A DNA stretch of 64,000 nt from Candidatus Levyibacteriota bacterium (GTDB taxonomy: Bacteria; Patescibacteriota; Microgenomatia; Levybacterales; UBA12049). Both the position numbers and the translations under genes were made by a program. The notes below the pieces were generated by a model. That model ran no database searches. It had not been told where the DNA came from and saw only the letters and a list, made by a program, of their open reading frames with translations. Below, piece by piece: positions 28,390 to 38,816 of this stretch (positions are counted from its first letter, which is position 1; every line of letters begins with the position of its first letter). The stretch is from NCBI GenBank assembly GCA_016186625.1, contig JACPLG010000003.1, positions 98,576 to 162,575 of the forward strand, read 5' to 3'.

Positions 28390-28392
28390 ACT

Positions 28393-28413
28393 TTAACCGC
28401 AATTCGGACACAT
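28393..28413 (-). CDS. Six-codon mini-ORF MCPNCG
   Basis: AGGAGGTG 7 nt upstream of ATG TGT CCG AAT TGC GGT TAA; ends 3 nt before merA ATG. Confidence 0.5.
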   Translation of the reverse strand: MCPNCG

Positions 28414-28440
28414 AATCTTTCACCTCCTAAAAATCATAAA

Positions 28441-28746
28441 CTACGACATGAATTCTTTTAATGTTTTGGTAAACTCATTTTTCTTCATAGAATAATAGAC
28501 TGTCTGAGCTTCTTTTCTCCTTGTAACAAGCTCCAACTCCAAGAGTCTCTTGACGCTATGTGAGACAACAGAAATAGAAGTATCCAGAATTTTTGCCATT
28601 TCGCCAACAGAAATTTCAGGATAATGACAAAGAAGATAACAAATCTTTAAGCGAGTAGTATCTCCCACAACTCCTAATTGCTTGGCACAAGCAATAAGCT
28701 CCTTCTTATTTTTTAATTCCCTCTTGATTTGCAGATAGTCAGACAT
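28441..28746 (-). CDS. ArsR/SmtB family regulator
   Basis: GDTTRLKI, SVVSH, VYYS; start reassigned to ATG 28746. Confidence 0.85.
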   Translation of the reverse strand: MSDYLQIKRELKNKKELIACAKQLGVVGDTTRLKICYLLCHYPEISVGEMAKILDTSISVVSHSVKRLLELELVTRRKEAQTVYYSMKKNEFTKTLKEFMS

Positions 28747-28747
28747 G

Positions 28748-28769
28748 TATTTGAACGTATATTCAAATA
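28748..28769. promoter_or_regulatory. Putative ArsR operator
   Basis: TATTTGAA-N6-TTCAAATA directly upstream of the start. Confidence 0.6.
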
Positions 28770-28856
28770 TACAAGCTGGGAATAGTAATGTCAAGAGGAT
28801 TAATTAATTCTTTCATACAGTAATTAAGTCTTTTTCAGCGCAAGTTTCATAATATT

Positions 28857-30932
28857 TTATAATTTTGTTCGCCGGAGTAGTAGGGCATTTGCAACTACAA
28901 TGATTGACGATGCAGACATTAAAACCGCGGCCCATTCGGGGCGAAGCAGTATTCCAAATGCGGGAAAAAGTACGCCCGCTGCCGTAGGTATTGCAAAAAC
29001 ATTATATCCTGTTGCCCATGCAAGATTCTGAACCATTTTGAAGTTGGTTTTGCGGGAAAGTGAAATTGCCTTAACAACATCTTGCAGATTATTTTTCATA
29101 AGTACTATTTCTGCTGATTCTACGGCAACGTCAGTTCCTGCCCCTATTGCAATTCCCATGTGTGCCTGAGTAAGACTTGGCGCATCATTCACGCCGTCCC
29201 CAACCATTGCCACAATATAGCCTTTATTCTGGAGTTCTTTGACTTTCTCAACTTTGTTACCAGGTAAAACTTCTGCAAAAACCGTATCAAGATTTAAAGC
29301 AAGACCAACTTCATCTGCCACTTCTTTTTTGTCCCCTGTCAGCATTGCTGTTTTTATGCCCATTTCGTGGAGCTTGTCAATCGCGGGACGGGACTCATCT
29401 CTTATTAAGTCGGACAATACGAAAGCGCCTGATAACTTTTTATCAATAGCAATATAAACTATTGTTCCTGCTTTTTTTGTCTTAAGTCTATTAATATCTT
29501 CTTTCTTAATACCTATCTCTTCCATCATGCGGCCGTTTCCCACAATAATTTCTTTATTATCAACCGTGCCCAAAGCGCCTTTGCCCGGATAAGATTTAAA
29601 ATTTTTAGGAGAAGGGGTCATAATTTTATGCTTTTTTGCTTCATTTACTATACCCATTGCTATTGAATGCTGGGAGGAGGATTCAACAGCTGCAGCAAGC
29701 CTTAATAGCTCCTCTTCCTCAACTACTGAATCTGATACGCGAACTGACTCTGCTATACCAAACTCTCCACGGGTAAGTGTCCCTGTTTTATCAAAAACTA
29801 CATAATTTATTTTCCGCGCTATCTCCAACCCTTTCATATCTTTTATTAAAATGCCGTTTTTAGCACCAAGTGTTGAGGTAATTGTTGTAACAGTTGGAAT
29901 AGCAAGGCCCAGCGCATGCGGGCAAGCAACAACCACAACCGCAACAGCAAGGGTTGATGCAAAGACTGCGCCTTGAGGATTAATAATTAGCCAATATATA
30001 AATGTTCCTGTTCCAATGGTTATTGCGGTTATTGTCAAAACGTTTGCGGCGCGGTCTGCAAGCTCCTGAACCTTTGGTTTTGATTCCTGTGCGTGTCTTA
30101 TCAAATCCATAATTTGGGAAATTGCCGTATCACTCCCTGTCTTTGTAACCTGAATCGTAAGCGACCCGTCCTGATTAATGGTTCCGCCTATAACTTTGTC
30201 TCCTTTTAATTTTCCTACGGGGCGGGATTCGCCTGTCACCATTGATTCATTAACAGAGCTTTCTCCATCCAAAACCTGTCCGTCAATTGGAATTTTTTCG
30301 CCCGGCTTGACAAGGAGTTTGTCACCTGATTTTACTTCATCGGTTTTAACATCAATAACCTTACCCTCTTTTAAAAGATGGGCTTGGGGCGGGATAAGTT
30401 TTGCAAGTTCTGAGAGCGCACCAGTTGTTCCACGAACCGCCCTCATCTCAAGCCAATGTCCAAGCAAAAATACTGAAATAAGAGTTGAAATTTCCCAAAA
30501 CAAAGACTCTCCGGGAAAAAGGAATGTAGCGGCAACTGAAAATGTATACCCAACAGTTATTGCCAGGGCAACAAGCGTCATCATTCCCGCATTCTTTGCA
30601 AAGAGTTCTCCCTTTGCGCCCCTAAAAAAAGGAACTCCCCCATAGAAAAATATAAATGTGCCAATGAAAAAAAGTGCAATTTCCCGGCCGGCAAAATCAA
30701 TACTTAATGAAAGCCAATTTTGAATATTTGGGGACAGAATCATTGCAAGAATAACAAAAGGAAGAGTTATGAAAAAACGCTTTTTGAATTCCTGCTCCAT
30801 TGAGGAATGATCTTCATGCTCAGACGCAGCAAGCGGGACAAGCTTCATTCCGCATTTTGGACAATTACCCGGTTTGTCCAGAATTATATCCGGATCCATA
30901 GGACAGGTATAAATTTTGTTATTCATATCCAT
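28857..30932 (-). CDS. Heavy-metal P1B-type ATPase, CPH (CopB-like)
   Basis: YTCPMDP..CPKCGM N-terminal domain, [28 protein letters not shown]. Confidence 0.93.
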   Translation of the reverse strand: MDMNNKIYTCPMDPDIILDKPGNCPKCGMKLVPLAASEHEDHSSMEQEFKKRFFITLPFVILAMILSPNIQNWLSLSIDFAGREIALFFIGTFIFFYGGVPFFRGAKGELFAKNAGMMTLVALAITVGYTFSVAATFLFPGESLFWEISTLISVFLLGHWLEMRAVRGTTGALSELAKLIPPQAHLLKEGKVIDVKTDEVKSGDKLLVKPGEKIPIDGQVLDGESSVNESMVTGESRPVGKLKGDKVIGGTINQDGSLTIQVTKTGSDTAISQIMDLIRHAQESKPKVQELADRAANVLTITAITIGTGTFIYWLIINPQGAVFASTLAVAVVVVACPHALGLAIPTVTTITSTLGAKNGILIKDMKGLEIARKINYVVFDKTGTLTRGEFGIAESVRVSDSVVEEEELLRLAAAVESSSQHSIAMGIVNEAKKHKIMTPSPKNFKSYPGKGALGTVDNKEIIVGNGRMMEEIGIKKEDINRLKTKKAGTIVYIAIDKKLSGAFVLSDLIRDESRPAIDKLHEMGIKTAMLTGDKKEVADEVGLALNLDTVFAEVLPGNKVEKVKELQNKGYIVAMVGDGVNDAPSLTQAHMGIAIGAGTDVAVESAEIVLMKNNLQDVVKAISLSRKTNFKMVQNLAWATGYNVFAIPTAAGVLFPAFGILLRPEWAAVLMSASSIIVVANALLLRRTKL

Positions 30933-30937
30933 TGTTG

Positions 30938-31204
30938 TTATTTTTTTGCCAGCCTGTTATATAATTCTACAAATGCGTATGACGTTACCCATGTTACTGC
31001 GGAAATTGTTACCAGCCCGTAAACAAGAGTTCCTAACGAAAGCTGAGTTTTTATTTTAATTGCTTCCAGGTTTAGCGAATGAACCCATGAATTTCCAATA
31101 CCAGCTACTAAGTCCGGAGCAACATAAGACAAGAGTGCGCAAGCTATAAAAAATATTGCTATAACTATTGTCGCAGCATTTGCAAAAGCGATAGATTTAA
31201 GCAT
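30938..31204 (-). CDS. Small membrane protein (DUF5676-like)
   Basis: Two TM segments, W.H, YN end; SD GGAGGTG. Confidence 0.65.
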   Translation of the reverse strand: MLKSIAFANAATIVIAIFFIACALLSYVAPDLVAGIGNSWVHSLNLEAIKIKTQLSLGTLVYGLVTISAVTWVTSYAFVELYNRLAKK

Positions 31205-31304
31205 AATTTTCACCTCCTTTACCCGCCGCTCAAGCACTCTTTAAGGCGTGTATGGATAATACTGAAAAGCCTTAAAGTAAGCTTAGGCGGGCCTTTTAAA
31301 AAAC

Positions 31305-31733
31305 TTAGTATCCCCAACTCTTCTGCCACTCCGTCATCATGTTAATTTCACTCGTCTGGGCTTTTATGATGTCATCGGCAAGATTTTTTATTTCATCATG
31401 GCTTGCATTTTGTTGAGCCAACTTTGCCATCTCAATTGCTCCCCGATGATGAGGAATCATTTGCTCTATAAATGCTTTGTCAAAATCATCCCCTGTTTTT
31501 CCTTCTAATGCATTAACCATGCCACTCATGGACATTTCGTCTTCTCCCATCATCTGATCATGCATTTGACTCATTCCTTGAGAAAATAAATCCTGGTTAT
31601 TAACCATCTGGCGCATCCCCATCATTCCCATCATTCCCATATTATTAGAATTAACTGCGTTATTTGCAAAAATAACAGTAATAACTATTCCCGCAAGAAA
31701 TCCAATTATTGCGTATAAATATTCTGTTTTCAT
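31305..31733 (-). CDS. DUF305 (CopM-like) Met-rich protein
   Basis: FD.AFIEQMIPHH.GAIEMA...II.AQ..EI..M. Confidence 0.88.
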   Translation of the reverse strand: MKTEYLYAIIGFLAGIVITVIFANNAVNSNNMGMMGMMGMRQMVNNQDLFSQGMSQMHDQMMGEDEMSMSGMVNALEGKTGDDFDKAFIEQMIPHHRGAIEMAKLAQQNASHDEIKNLADDIIKAQTSEINMMTEWQKSWGY

Positions 31734-31737
31734 TTTT

Positions 31738-32580
31738 TCACCTCCTTTTGATTTTTTTAAAAATATAATAAATTAGTCCAAAAATTAAAATCAAAAATAA
31801 GATATTTAAGAGAAAATTATTGCCCAGATAATCATTAACTAGTATTCCCGCGTCCTGAATTACTTTTGCAAATCTCTCACTTTTTGCCATCGAAAGCTGA
31901 CCGCGAAGTGTTAGAACAAAAATAAAAATCCCGGCAGTTATAAAAATAGTGAAAGAAATAAAATTACTTACACTTACAAAATATTCCCTTCCAAATATTT
32001 TTAGAACAGTTAATTTGCTTTTTAGAATTTTAAGTTTGTCTATTTTGTCCGATAGGAAAAGAGAGATTAGAAGAAGAGGAACTATCATTCCCAAAACATA
32101 AACACCGCCTATAAGAAGTGATCCAATGAAGGTTGGTGACAAAAATGCCAGTGCTAATATACCGATTAGAACAGGTGCACAGCATGCGCTTGTTATTCCA
32201 GAGAAAATTCCAAGCGTAAATATAGACAAAACATCTACTTTTCCCTCATTCCTTGTAGGAAGATGAATCATAATAGGCGATTTAAGGCCAAGAAGTGAAG
32301 CAACTGCTACCAAAATCATAACAATTCCGCCAAGTATATATATAGTATCGTGATTTCTGTATAGAAATTGAGATATGAGCGCAACTCCTAAAACTGCGGG
32401 CATGAGTACTACAAAAATTCCTGCGCCAAAAACCAGAGTCATAGAGAGAACTTTTTCTTTCTCTTTAAATACGCTTCCTAAATAGGCAGGAAGTAGGAAT
32501 GTTATGCAACAAGGAGCAAAAAGCGCAATCATTCCTGCTACAAATGCCGCAATAAGTGAGATTTGAAAAATTCCATCCAT
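31738..32580 (-). CDS. CcdA/DsbD-like membrane protein
   Basis: FAPCCITFLLPAY and SACCAPVL. Confidence 0.82.
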   Translation of the reverse strand: MDGIFQISLIAAFVAGMIALFAPCCITFLLPAYLGSVFKEKEKVLSMTLVFGAGIFVVLMPAVLGVALISQFLYRNHDTIYILGGIVMILVAVASLLGLKSPIMIHLPTRNEGKVDVLSIFTLGIFSGITSACCAPVLIGILALAFLSPTFIGSLLIGGVYVLGMIVPLLLISLFLSDKIDKLKILKSKLTVLKIFGREYFVSVSNFISFTIFITAGIFIFVLTLRGQLSMAKSERFAKVIQDAGILVNDYLGNNFLLNILFLILIFGLIYYIFKKIKRR

Positions 32581-32582
32581 AT

Positions 32583-33518
32583 TTATGCCGAGCAGCTCCC
32601 TCCTTCTCCATCAAGACTTGGCCAGGGGATTTGTCCTACTCTTTCTCTAACCACGCCATATCCGTCTGAGCTTGAGAAAGTTTTGGATAAAAGCTCTTTA
32701 GGAGAAACTTTTGCAAACTCTCTTCCGTTTTCTTCAAAAAAGTAAGCAATATCTAAATATGTATCTGGAAACCAATATGTATTGAGTGCTAAAGCAGCTT
32801 TATAAATCTCTTCTTGTGATTTTCCTTGAGAAACCATCAACTCAATTAGCCCAAGCATTGCCATTCCGTGATTGCAATCGGGAAATGCTGTTGAGTTCCC
32901 ACAACATGGCCTGTAAATACTGCCTGCTATCTCCGAAACTGCTTTTTGCTGATCTTTAGAAAGTGTAATATAAGAATGTCCGGAATAATGATCCATTGGA
33001 TCTCCTACCCCCAAACTCCATCCGCCAGTTGATGCAAAAATTGAAGGATCACTCTCCACCATCATCTCTCCTTCTTCCAAGATCCGATTTCTATTGGCAA
33101 GTCCCAGTCCCCACAGTATATCTACCCAAAATTGCGAATTTTCCAAATTTACTTCTATTTGATCTTGTCCTTCTTCAAAATATTTATCCAAATCTTTTGG
33201 AAGCTCATCTCCCCCTGTTACTGCCTGAGCTAACTTCACCTTATCAATAACTCCATCCTCAACCATTCTTCTTCCAAGATCTGCCCATTTAATATTCAAT
33301 ACATAACTGTCTTTAATTACTTTGTTTTGTAGGGCAGAGAGTTTTTCCTCATCAATATTTTGTGATACATCAAAATCCGAAGAGTTGGAATTTTTTGAGG
33401 TTGTTTTTTCAAAAAGAACGCCAAGAAGAAACGTTGTAATAGAAAAAAGAATAATTAAAAGAATTTTCAAAAGAATATCCAAGACATTCTTCTTAAATTT
33501 TCTAATTTTTACTTTCAC
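32583..33518 (-). CDS. Membrane-anchored Cys-motif hypothetical protein
   Basis: YRPCCGNSTAFPDCNHG; C-terminal GGSCSA. Confidence 0.75.
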   Translation of the reverse strand: MKVKIRKFKKNVLDILLKILLIILFSITTFLLGVLFEKTTSKNSNSSDFDVSQNIDEEKLSALQNKVIKDSYVLNIKWADLGRRMVEDGVIDKVKLAQAVTGGDELPKDLDKYFEEGQDQIEVNLENSQFWVDILWGLGLANRNRILEEGEMMVESDPSIFASTGGWSLGVGDPMDHYSGHSYITLSKDQQKAVSEIAGSIYRPCCGNSTAFPDCNHGMAMLGLIELMVSQGKSQEEIYKAALALNTYWFPDTYLDIAYFFEENGREFAKVSPKELLSKTFSSSDGYGVVRERVGQIPWPSLDGEGGSCSA

Positions 33519-34024
33519 TTAACAACATTCCCTTCAAAAGAAAATTCAACGTAGGGATTGTCCGGATCATTTGTTTCAAAACTGACAAACCTTGAAATTT
33601 TACCTACTCCCTGTGGTCCATGATAAGCAGGATCAAACGCAGCAACTACTTCTCCCTCTTCTCCCGGCCGGAGTATTCCTTTCCAATCTGATGGAGCAGA
33701 CATTCCTTTCATTCCAAAACTTGGTCCGTCTTTTCCATTTTGCCTTAGAAAAACTTTTGTACACATACAAGAAGTTGTCATATTTGCTATCTCTAAATCT
33801 TTAGTTCCATTATTTCTAATAGGAAAACTGTGATATAGAATTCCGTCCGAAAAGCCTATATCGCCTACTGTTTTAGCGGCATGATCAATTAAAACCTCTG
33901 CTCCAGATATTGAGGAAAGCATCGCTTTTGTTTCTGTTTTGGATTTTGATGAAATAAAAATAGCTCCAATAATAATTGTGCCTACAACTAGACCTAGCAT
34001 GACAAAAAGTTTTAAATTATTCAC
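33515..34024 (-). CDS. DUF1573-like Ig-fold protein
   Basis: F.I.N.G...L.I....TSCMCT; TNDP. Confidence 0.78.
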   Translation of the reverse strand: MNNLKLFVMLGLVVGTIIIGAIFISSKSKTETKAMLSSISGAEVLIDHAAKTVGDIGFSDGILYHSFPIRNNGTKDLEIANMTTSCMCTKVFLRQNGKDGPSFGMKGMSAPSDWKGILRPGEEGEVVAAFDPAYHGPQGVGKISRFVSFETNDPDNPYVEFSFEGNVVK

Positions 34025-34032
34025 TATTAATT

Positions 34033-34518
34033 TTATAAATATTTATTCGGACTCTTCTTAAATGTTTCAAAACATCCTGATGCACAGAAATAATATGAAA
34101 GGCCGTTTAAATCCAAGGCATATGATGCTGTTTTTGGACTAAGTCTCATTTTGCACACGGGATCATTAGTTAGAGGAACTAGATCTGTCATTTTTTTGGT
34201 AAGATTTTCCATTAAAGGATCGTTTTTACTTTTATGCTGCTCTACTAGAATCTCCCTCATTAAATCACTTGCTTTTATAAAATTTTTATGGGCAATTTTG
34301 TAGTAAATTTGCTTACCGTTTCTTTTTGTTGTTACAACATTTGCCTCTCGCAGAACTTGAAGGTGCTGGCTTAAATTTCCCTGTGGCAGGCTTAACATTT
34401 CCTGAATTTCACCAACAGTTAATTCCTGACTTCGAAGAAGCTGAAGAATTTCCAAGCGTTTTGGGTTGGACAGTGCTTTAAGCAGTTTTGCATGTAGACT
34501 AAACACTTCTGAATACAT
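34033..34518 (-). CDS. ArsR regulator fused to a YHS domain
   Basis: ALSNPKRLEIL, SQHL; C-terminal DPVCKM...YYFCASGC; palindrome ATATTCGA-N4-TCGAATAT at 34517-34536. Confidence 0.88.
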   Translation of the reverse strand: MYSEVFSLHAKLLKALSNPKRLEILQLLRSQELTVGEIQEMLSLPQGNLSQHLQVLREANVVTTKRNGKQIYYKIAHKNFIKASDLMREILVEQHKSKNDPLMENLTKKMTDLVPLTNDPVCKMRLSPKTASYALDLNGLSYYFCASGCFETFKKSPNKYL

Positions 34519-34591
34519 ATTCGATATTTCGAATATATCATGGCGACAGACCACTGTCAATATCTAAAATGGTATAATTTATTACGACCCT

Positions 34592-35125
34592 GTGAGATTT
34601 AATCCAAGAATATTAATTATAGTAATTATTGCAATTTCACTTATATTTATCGGTATATTTTATTTATTCAATTCCAAACAGAGTAACCAATCACAGACCT
34701 CATCCACTACTCAAAATTCGTCTGAGATAACATCAGAAAAATTTGATTATAAGGCTTCCTTTGCAATTTATACTAATGGCACTTTCAGAATCTTCGAAGA
34801 TCCAAAATATCACAATCTCTCAGAAGATGTTTATATTGGTTCCAGTAATCCGAACATTGTAAATATTAAAAAGGCAAATATAACATGGGATAATTTTTTC
34901 AAAACTCTTCCTATGAGTTTAAGAAAGGATTGTTTAACTACCGGAACAATCCAAACTTTTTGTACAAATGGAGAGTTTGTTTTGCAATTTTATATAAATG
35001 GTACTCGAAACCAATCTGCGCTTGATCAAGTGATAAATCTTGGAGATAAACTGCTTGTAACTTTTGAGCGAGAAAATTCACCAGTAATCCAGAGTCAGAT
35101 TTCTTCAATTCCGGACTCTAACTGA
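34592..35125 (+). CDS. Membrane-anchored hypothetical protein
   Basis: TM; WDNFF, YING, GDKLL pattern similar to 23069-23554. Confidence 0.7.
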   Translation: MRFNPRILIIVIIAISLIFIGIFYLFNSKQSNQSQTSSTTQNSSEITSEKFDYKASFAIYTNGTFRIFEDPKYHNLSEDVYIGSSNPNIVNIKKANITWDNFFKTLPMSLRKDCLTTGTIQTFCTNGEFVLQFYINGTRNQSALDQVINLGDKLLVTFERENSPVIQSQISSIPDSN

Positions 35126-35186
35126 AAATTCTTTATGATACCAAATATGCTAATATTAACCTGCCTTTAGAGGCAGGTGATAACAA

Positions 35187-35361
35187 ATGAGTAGAAATAT
35201 TTTAATTGCAATTGGAGTTGTTTTCTTGCGAGTCAACAAAACAACAAATCCGCTGATTCACTAGTGCAAAAAGAAGAAAAAACATCGTGGATAAGTCCGG
35301 AAACGAGATTACTAGATGGAATGGCACAGATTTTGAAGAAGTAATTGCTAATATTAAATAA
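35187..35361 (+). pseudogene. Internally deleted thioredoxin-like gene
   Basis: MSRNILIAIGVVF start, frame break, then IVDKSGNEITRWNGTDFEEVIANIK* resembling the end of 54189-54644; stop overlaps the next ATG. Confidence 0.55.
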
Positions 35362-37103
35362 TGAGTTTGCTTTTGATATTCGCTTTAGTCTCTGGGCTAA
35401 TTACAATTCTAGCGCCGTGTATATGGCCGCTTCTTCCTATTATTCTCTCTGCAACTGCAACAGGCGGACATAGAAAACCTCTTGGAATAACACTTGGAAT
35501 AATTATCAGTTTTGGGATCGTAACCTTAACAATTTCATATATTGTCAGAATTATTCCGTTTGATCCAAATATTCTTCGTATATTTTCAGTAATTGTGATT
35601 ACAACTTTGGGATTAACGCTCCTTATTCCAAAACTCTCAGGAATTTTAGAAGGCTATGTCAGTAGGCTGTCAGGAAAATTTGCAATTCAGCGTCAGGGAA
35701 ACGGATTTTGGGCGGGGCTGATTACTGGTTTTGCCCTGGGAATTGTTTGGACTCCATGTGCCGGACCAATTCTTGCAACAATTGCAACTCTTGCTGCAAC
35801 ACAGCAGGTAAATAGCTCAATAATATTAGTTACTATTGTATATGTAATTGGCGTTGGAATCCCTCTTTTTCTTTTTGCAATCCTTGGAAGAAGAATTTTC
35901 TCAGGTTCCAAACTTTTATCTCCCTATCTAGGAAAAATTCAACAGGTGTTTGGGGCGATTATGATAATAACTGCAATTTTAATATTTACAAATTATGATA
36001 AGACACTTCAGGCAAAACTTCTTGATCTTTTTCCTTCATACGGAAATTTTATTATTAATCTAGAAAGTAATGAAAAAGTTAAAAAACAGCTTGATAATTT
36101 AAGGGGTGGAACAAACAAGGGAGACGAGATGATTGGAAAACCTTTTGAAATGCCAAAAAGCAACAACCTTCCCAATTTGGGAACAGCACCTGAGTTTGTG
36201 GGAATAAGTAATTGGCTTAACAGTAAACCTTTGATGATGGAGGGGCTTAAAGGAAAAGTAGTTTTGATAGATTTTTGGACTTACACTTGTATTAATTGTA
36301 TTAGAACTCTTCCCCACGTAACTTCCTGGTACAACAAATATAATGATCAGGGATTTGTAGTGGTTGGTGTTCATACTCCTGAATTTGAATTTGAAAAAGA
36401 TACAGGAAACGTTGAGAATGCCATTGCCCAATACAAAATTCTTTATCCAGTTGCGCAAGACAATGACTATGCCACTTGGAATGCCTACTCTAATCAATAT
36501 TGGCCGGCAAAGTATTTGATCGACAAAGATGGTAATATCCGATATGCACATTTTGGAGAAGGAAAATATGAAGAAACAGAGAAAGCAATTCAAGAACTGC
36601 TCAGGCAAGCTGGCCAAAAAGTAGATTCCTCTTTAGAACAAATGCCGGATCAGACACCAAGGATGCGGCTTTCACCCGAAACTTATCTTGGATCAGCACG
36701 AATGCAATACTATTATCCTTCAGGAACCTTATCGAACGGAAAATCCAATTTTAAACTCGAAGAAAACCCATCGCCTAACTCTTTTAGTCTGGGCGGAGAA
36801 TGGGAAATAAGCGATGAGTATTCCGGTCCTTCTAAAAATTCAACTTTAACAATTAATTTCTACGCAGACAAGGTTTTTCTTGTTTTAAAACCGCAAAGTT
36901 CAAATTCTGCGACAAGAATTTATATAGATGGTAAACTCGTGGATTCTAATAATCAAGGAACAGACGTAAAAAACGGAATTATGAATATTGATTCTGATAG
37001 GCTTTATAATTTAGTAGACCTACAAAACGGACCGGAAACACACACCTTAAAAATCGAATTCTTAACTCCTGGGGTAAAAGCTTTTGCTTTTACTTTTGGT
37101 TAA
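35361..37103 (+). CDS. dipZ: DipZ-like protein (CcdA + thioredoxin + C-terminal domain)
   Basis: APCIWP, WTPCAGPIL, DFWTYTCINC, HTPEF, PETYLG, AFTFG. Confidence 0.9.
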   Translation: MSLLLIFALVSGLITILAPCIWPLLPIILSATATGGHRKPLGITLGIIISFGIVTLTISYIVRIIPFDPNILRIFSVIVITTLGLTLLIPKLSGILEGYVSRLSGKFAIQRQGNGFWAGLITGFALGIVWTPCAGPILATIATLAATQQVNSSIILVTIVYVIGVGIPLFLFAILGRRIFSGSKLLSPYLGKIQQVFGAIMIITAILIFTNYDKTLQAKLLDLFPSYGNFIINLESNEKVKKQLDNLRGGTNKGDEMIGKPFEMPKSNNLPNLGTAPEFVGISNWLNSKPLMMEGLKGKVVLIDFWTYTCINCIRTLPHVTSWYNKYNDQGFVVVGVHTPEFEFEKDTGNVENAIAQYKILYPVAQDNDYATWNAYSNQYWPAKYLIDKDGNIRYAHFGEGKYEETEKAIQELLRQAGQKVDSSLEQMPDQTPRMRLSPETYLGSARMQYYYPSGTLSNGKSNFKLEENPSPNSFSLGGEWEISDEYSGPSKNSTLTINFYADKVFLVLKPQSSNSATRIYIDGKLVDSNNQGTDVKNGIMNIDSDRLYNLVDLQNGPETHTLKIEFLTPGVKAFAFTFG

Positions 37104-37105
37104 AC

Positions 37106-37189
37106 TTATCTTCCTGTCCCTCTTCTTCTTCCTCTTTTTCTTTTAGCAAACTGGCCTTTGCCAAGCCTTTTTCTTTTTGACCTCGCCAT
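37106..37189 (-). CDS. 27-aa Arg/Lys/Gly-rich peptide
   Basis: MARSKRKRLGKGQFAKRKRGRRRGTGR*; AAGGAGG shortly upstream; fills the gap exactly. Confidence 0.5.
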   Translation of the reverse strand: MARSKRKRLGKGQFAKRKRGRRRGTGR

Positions 37190-37254
37190 ATCCCTCCTTT
37201 ATTTTATTTTAACATAACATTGATTTTGTTTTGATTAAATTTTATAATTCCGCA

Positions 37255-38214
37255 ATGAGTTTGGAACGGGAAGGCAGAGCAGATTTCTCAACTGAAACTT
37301 ATCAAATAGGTGCAATGGGGGTTAAAGTCAGCTCAAGAGTTTTGCTTCCAAGTCAAGAGGGAATGATCATTCCCGATAGAAGGATTTTAGAAGAATCAAT
37401 AGTTTTCTTGCCAGGTTGGGGAGTAGATTCAAATTCTAGATCCGCATCTTTAATCGGACAATCTTTTGCTGATGCCGGCGGACAAAGTACGCTAGTTGTT
37501 GATACACAACCAAATGGTGTAGCAAGAGACTCTCTTTTTAGAGAATCTGTGGCTATTGCTGATTTTTTACGAAATCTAGGACTAAGAAGAATAACTTTAG
37601 TGGGTTACTCTGAAGGCGGGATTAAGGCTGCTAATTTAGCTGTTATATTACAGGATTCAGAAATAGAAATTGATGGACTAGTTTTAATGGATCCTATGGG
37701 ATTATACCGGCAAAAACAAACTGGTTTATTTTTGGGTTTTTTTAAAAATGCTTTTCGAAGTGCTCAAAGCCTAAGAGATACTAATATCGTAGATAGACGG
37801 GATTTATTCAGTCGCGGATTCCAATCAGCCGGAGATCTTGCGCTTAATCTTTTAAGAGAAGCTATAAGAATGAAAGGAAAATATCCAAAGAGAATTGTAT
37901 CCCAAGCCAAAAATATGGCAGCAGCAAATCCTAGATTTGGTGAGGTTGATCTGCCCATTGTTTTAATACAAGGAGCTCAAGATCCAGTGTCTAATCCAGA
38001 TCGAACTCTCCCGGGATATAAGGATAAAAAACCGATTGAGAGACAGGAAGCTCTTCAGAGAACTATTTTCCCAAGGAGTCCCTATATCAGAATGGTTACT
38101 GGAGAAAAGTCTCCCATTCATACAATGCCTATATTAAGAGCCGAACAAATTGCTAGAGTTTCACTAAGATTAATCGGGAGATTTCAAAAAGGACAAGTCA
38201 ATTCTCCAACCTAA
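37255..38214 (+). CDS. Alpha/beta hydrolase
   Basis: FLPGWG, GYSEG nucleophile elbow, IQGAQDP, late His. Confidence 0.8.
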   Translation: MSLEREGRADFSTETYQIGAMGVKVSSRVLLPSQEGMIIPDRRILEESIVFLPGWGVDSNSRSASLIGQSFADAGGQSTLVVDTQPNGVARDSLFRESVAIADFLRNLGLRRITLVGYSEGGIKAANLAVILQDSEIEIDGLVLMDPMGLYRQKQTGLFLGFFKNAFRSAQSLRDTNIVDRRDLFSRGFQSAGDLALNLLREAIRMKGKYPKRIVSQAKNMAAANPRFGEVDLPIVLIQGAQDPVSNPDRTLPGYKDKKPIERQEALQRTIFPRSPYIRMVTGEKSPIHTMPILRAEQIARVSLRLIGRFQKGQVNSPT

Positions 38215-38776
38215 TTTTATATTCGTCTCTAACTTCTTCACCAAATTTTTCCATTAACTTCTTAAGTTTTGGCGTTATTACATAAGTGCAATACGGCGCA
38301 TCTTTATTTTTTTCAAAATAGCTTTTGTGGTAATCTTCTGCAATATAGAAGTTTTTGAACGGCTCTATTGTTGTAACAATTGGCCGAGAGAAAACCTTTT
38401 CCTGTTCTAAATCTTTTATAAACTTTTGAGCAATATCATTCTGCTTTGCAGAATGATAAAAAACAACCGATCTATACTGCTCTCCAACATCATTTCCTTG
38501 CTGATTTGGCGTTGTGGGGTCATGGGTATAGAAGAAAACCTCAAGAAGCTTTTCATATGCGATTTCCGAAGGGTCAAACTCTATCTGGATTGCCTCGGCA
38601 TGCCCAGTTGTGCCTTCACAAACTTGCTCATATGTTGGGTTTTCGATCGAACCTCCGCTATATCCGGGCAAAACCGAGGAAACGCCTTTTAATCTTTTAA
38701 AAATTGCCTCCGTACACCAAAAACAACCGCCTCCGAAGCTAGCTATTTCGTTATTAGTTTTTTGTGTAACCAGCAT
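38198..38776 (-). CDS. msrA: Peptide methionine sulfoxide reductase A
   Basis: GGGCFWC, GHAE, HDPT, QYRS, AEDYH. Confidence 0.95.
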   Translation of the reverse strand: MLVTQKTNNEIASFGGGCFWCTEAIFKRLKGVSSVLPGYSGGSIENPTYEQVCEGTTGHAEAIQIEFDPSEIAYEKLLEVFFYTHDPTTPNQQGNDVGEQYRSVVFYHSAKQNDIAQKFIKDLEQEKVFSRPIVTTIEPFKNFYIAEDYHKSYFEKNKDAPYCTYVITPKLKKLMEKFGEEVRDEYKIRLEN

Positions 38777-38816
38777 TATAGTATAAAATAATTAACTAAT
38801 AGAATTTTCATATACA

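Noticed and set aside
23069-37103. Metal island as a transposon or ICE
   Set aside because: No transposase, integrase or terminal repeats were seen.
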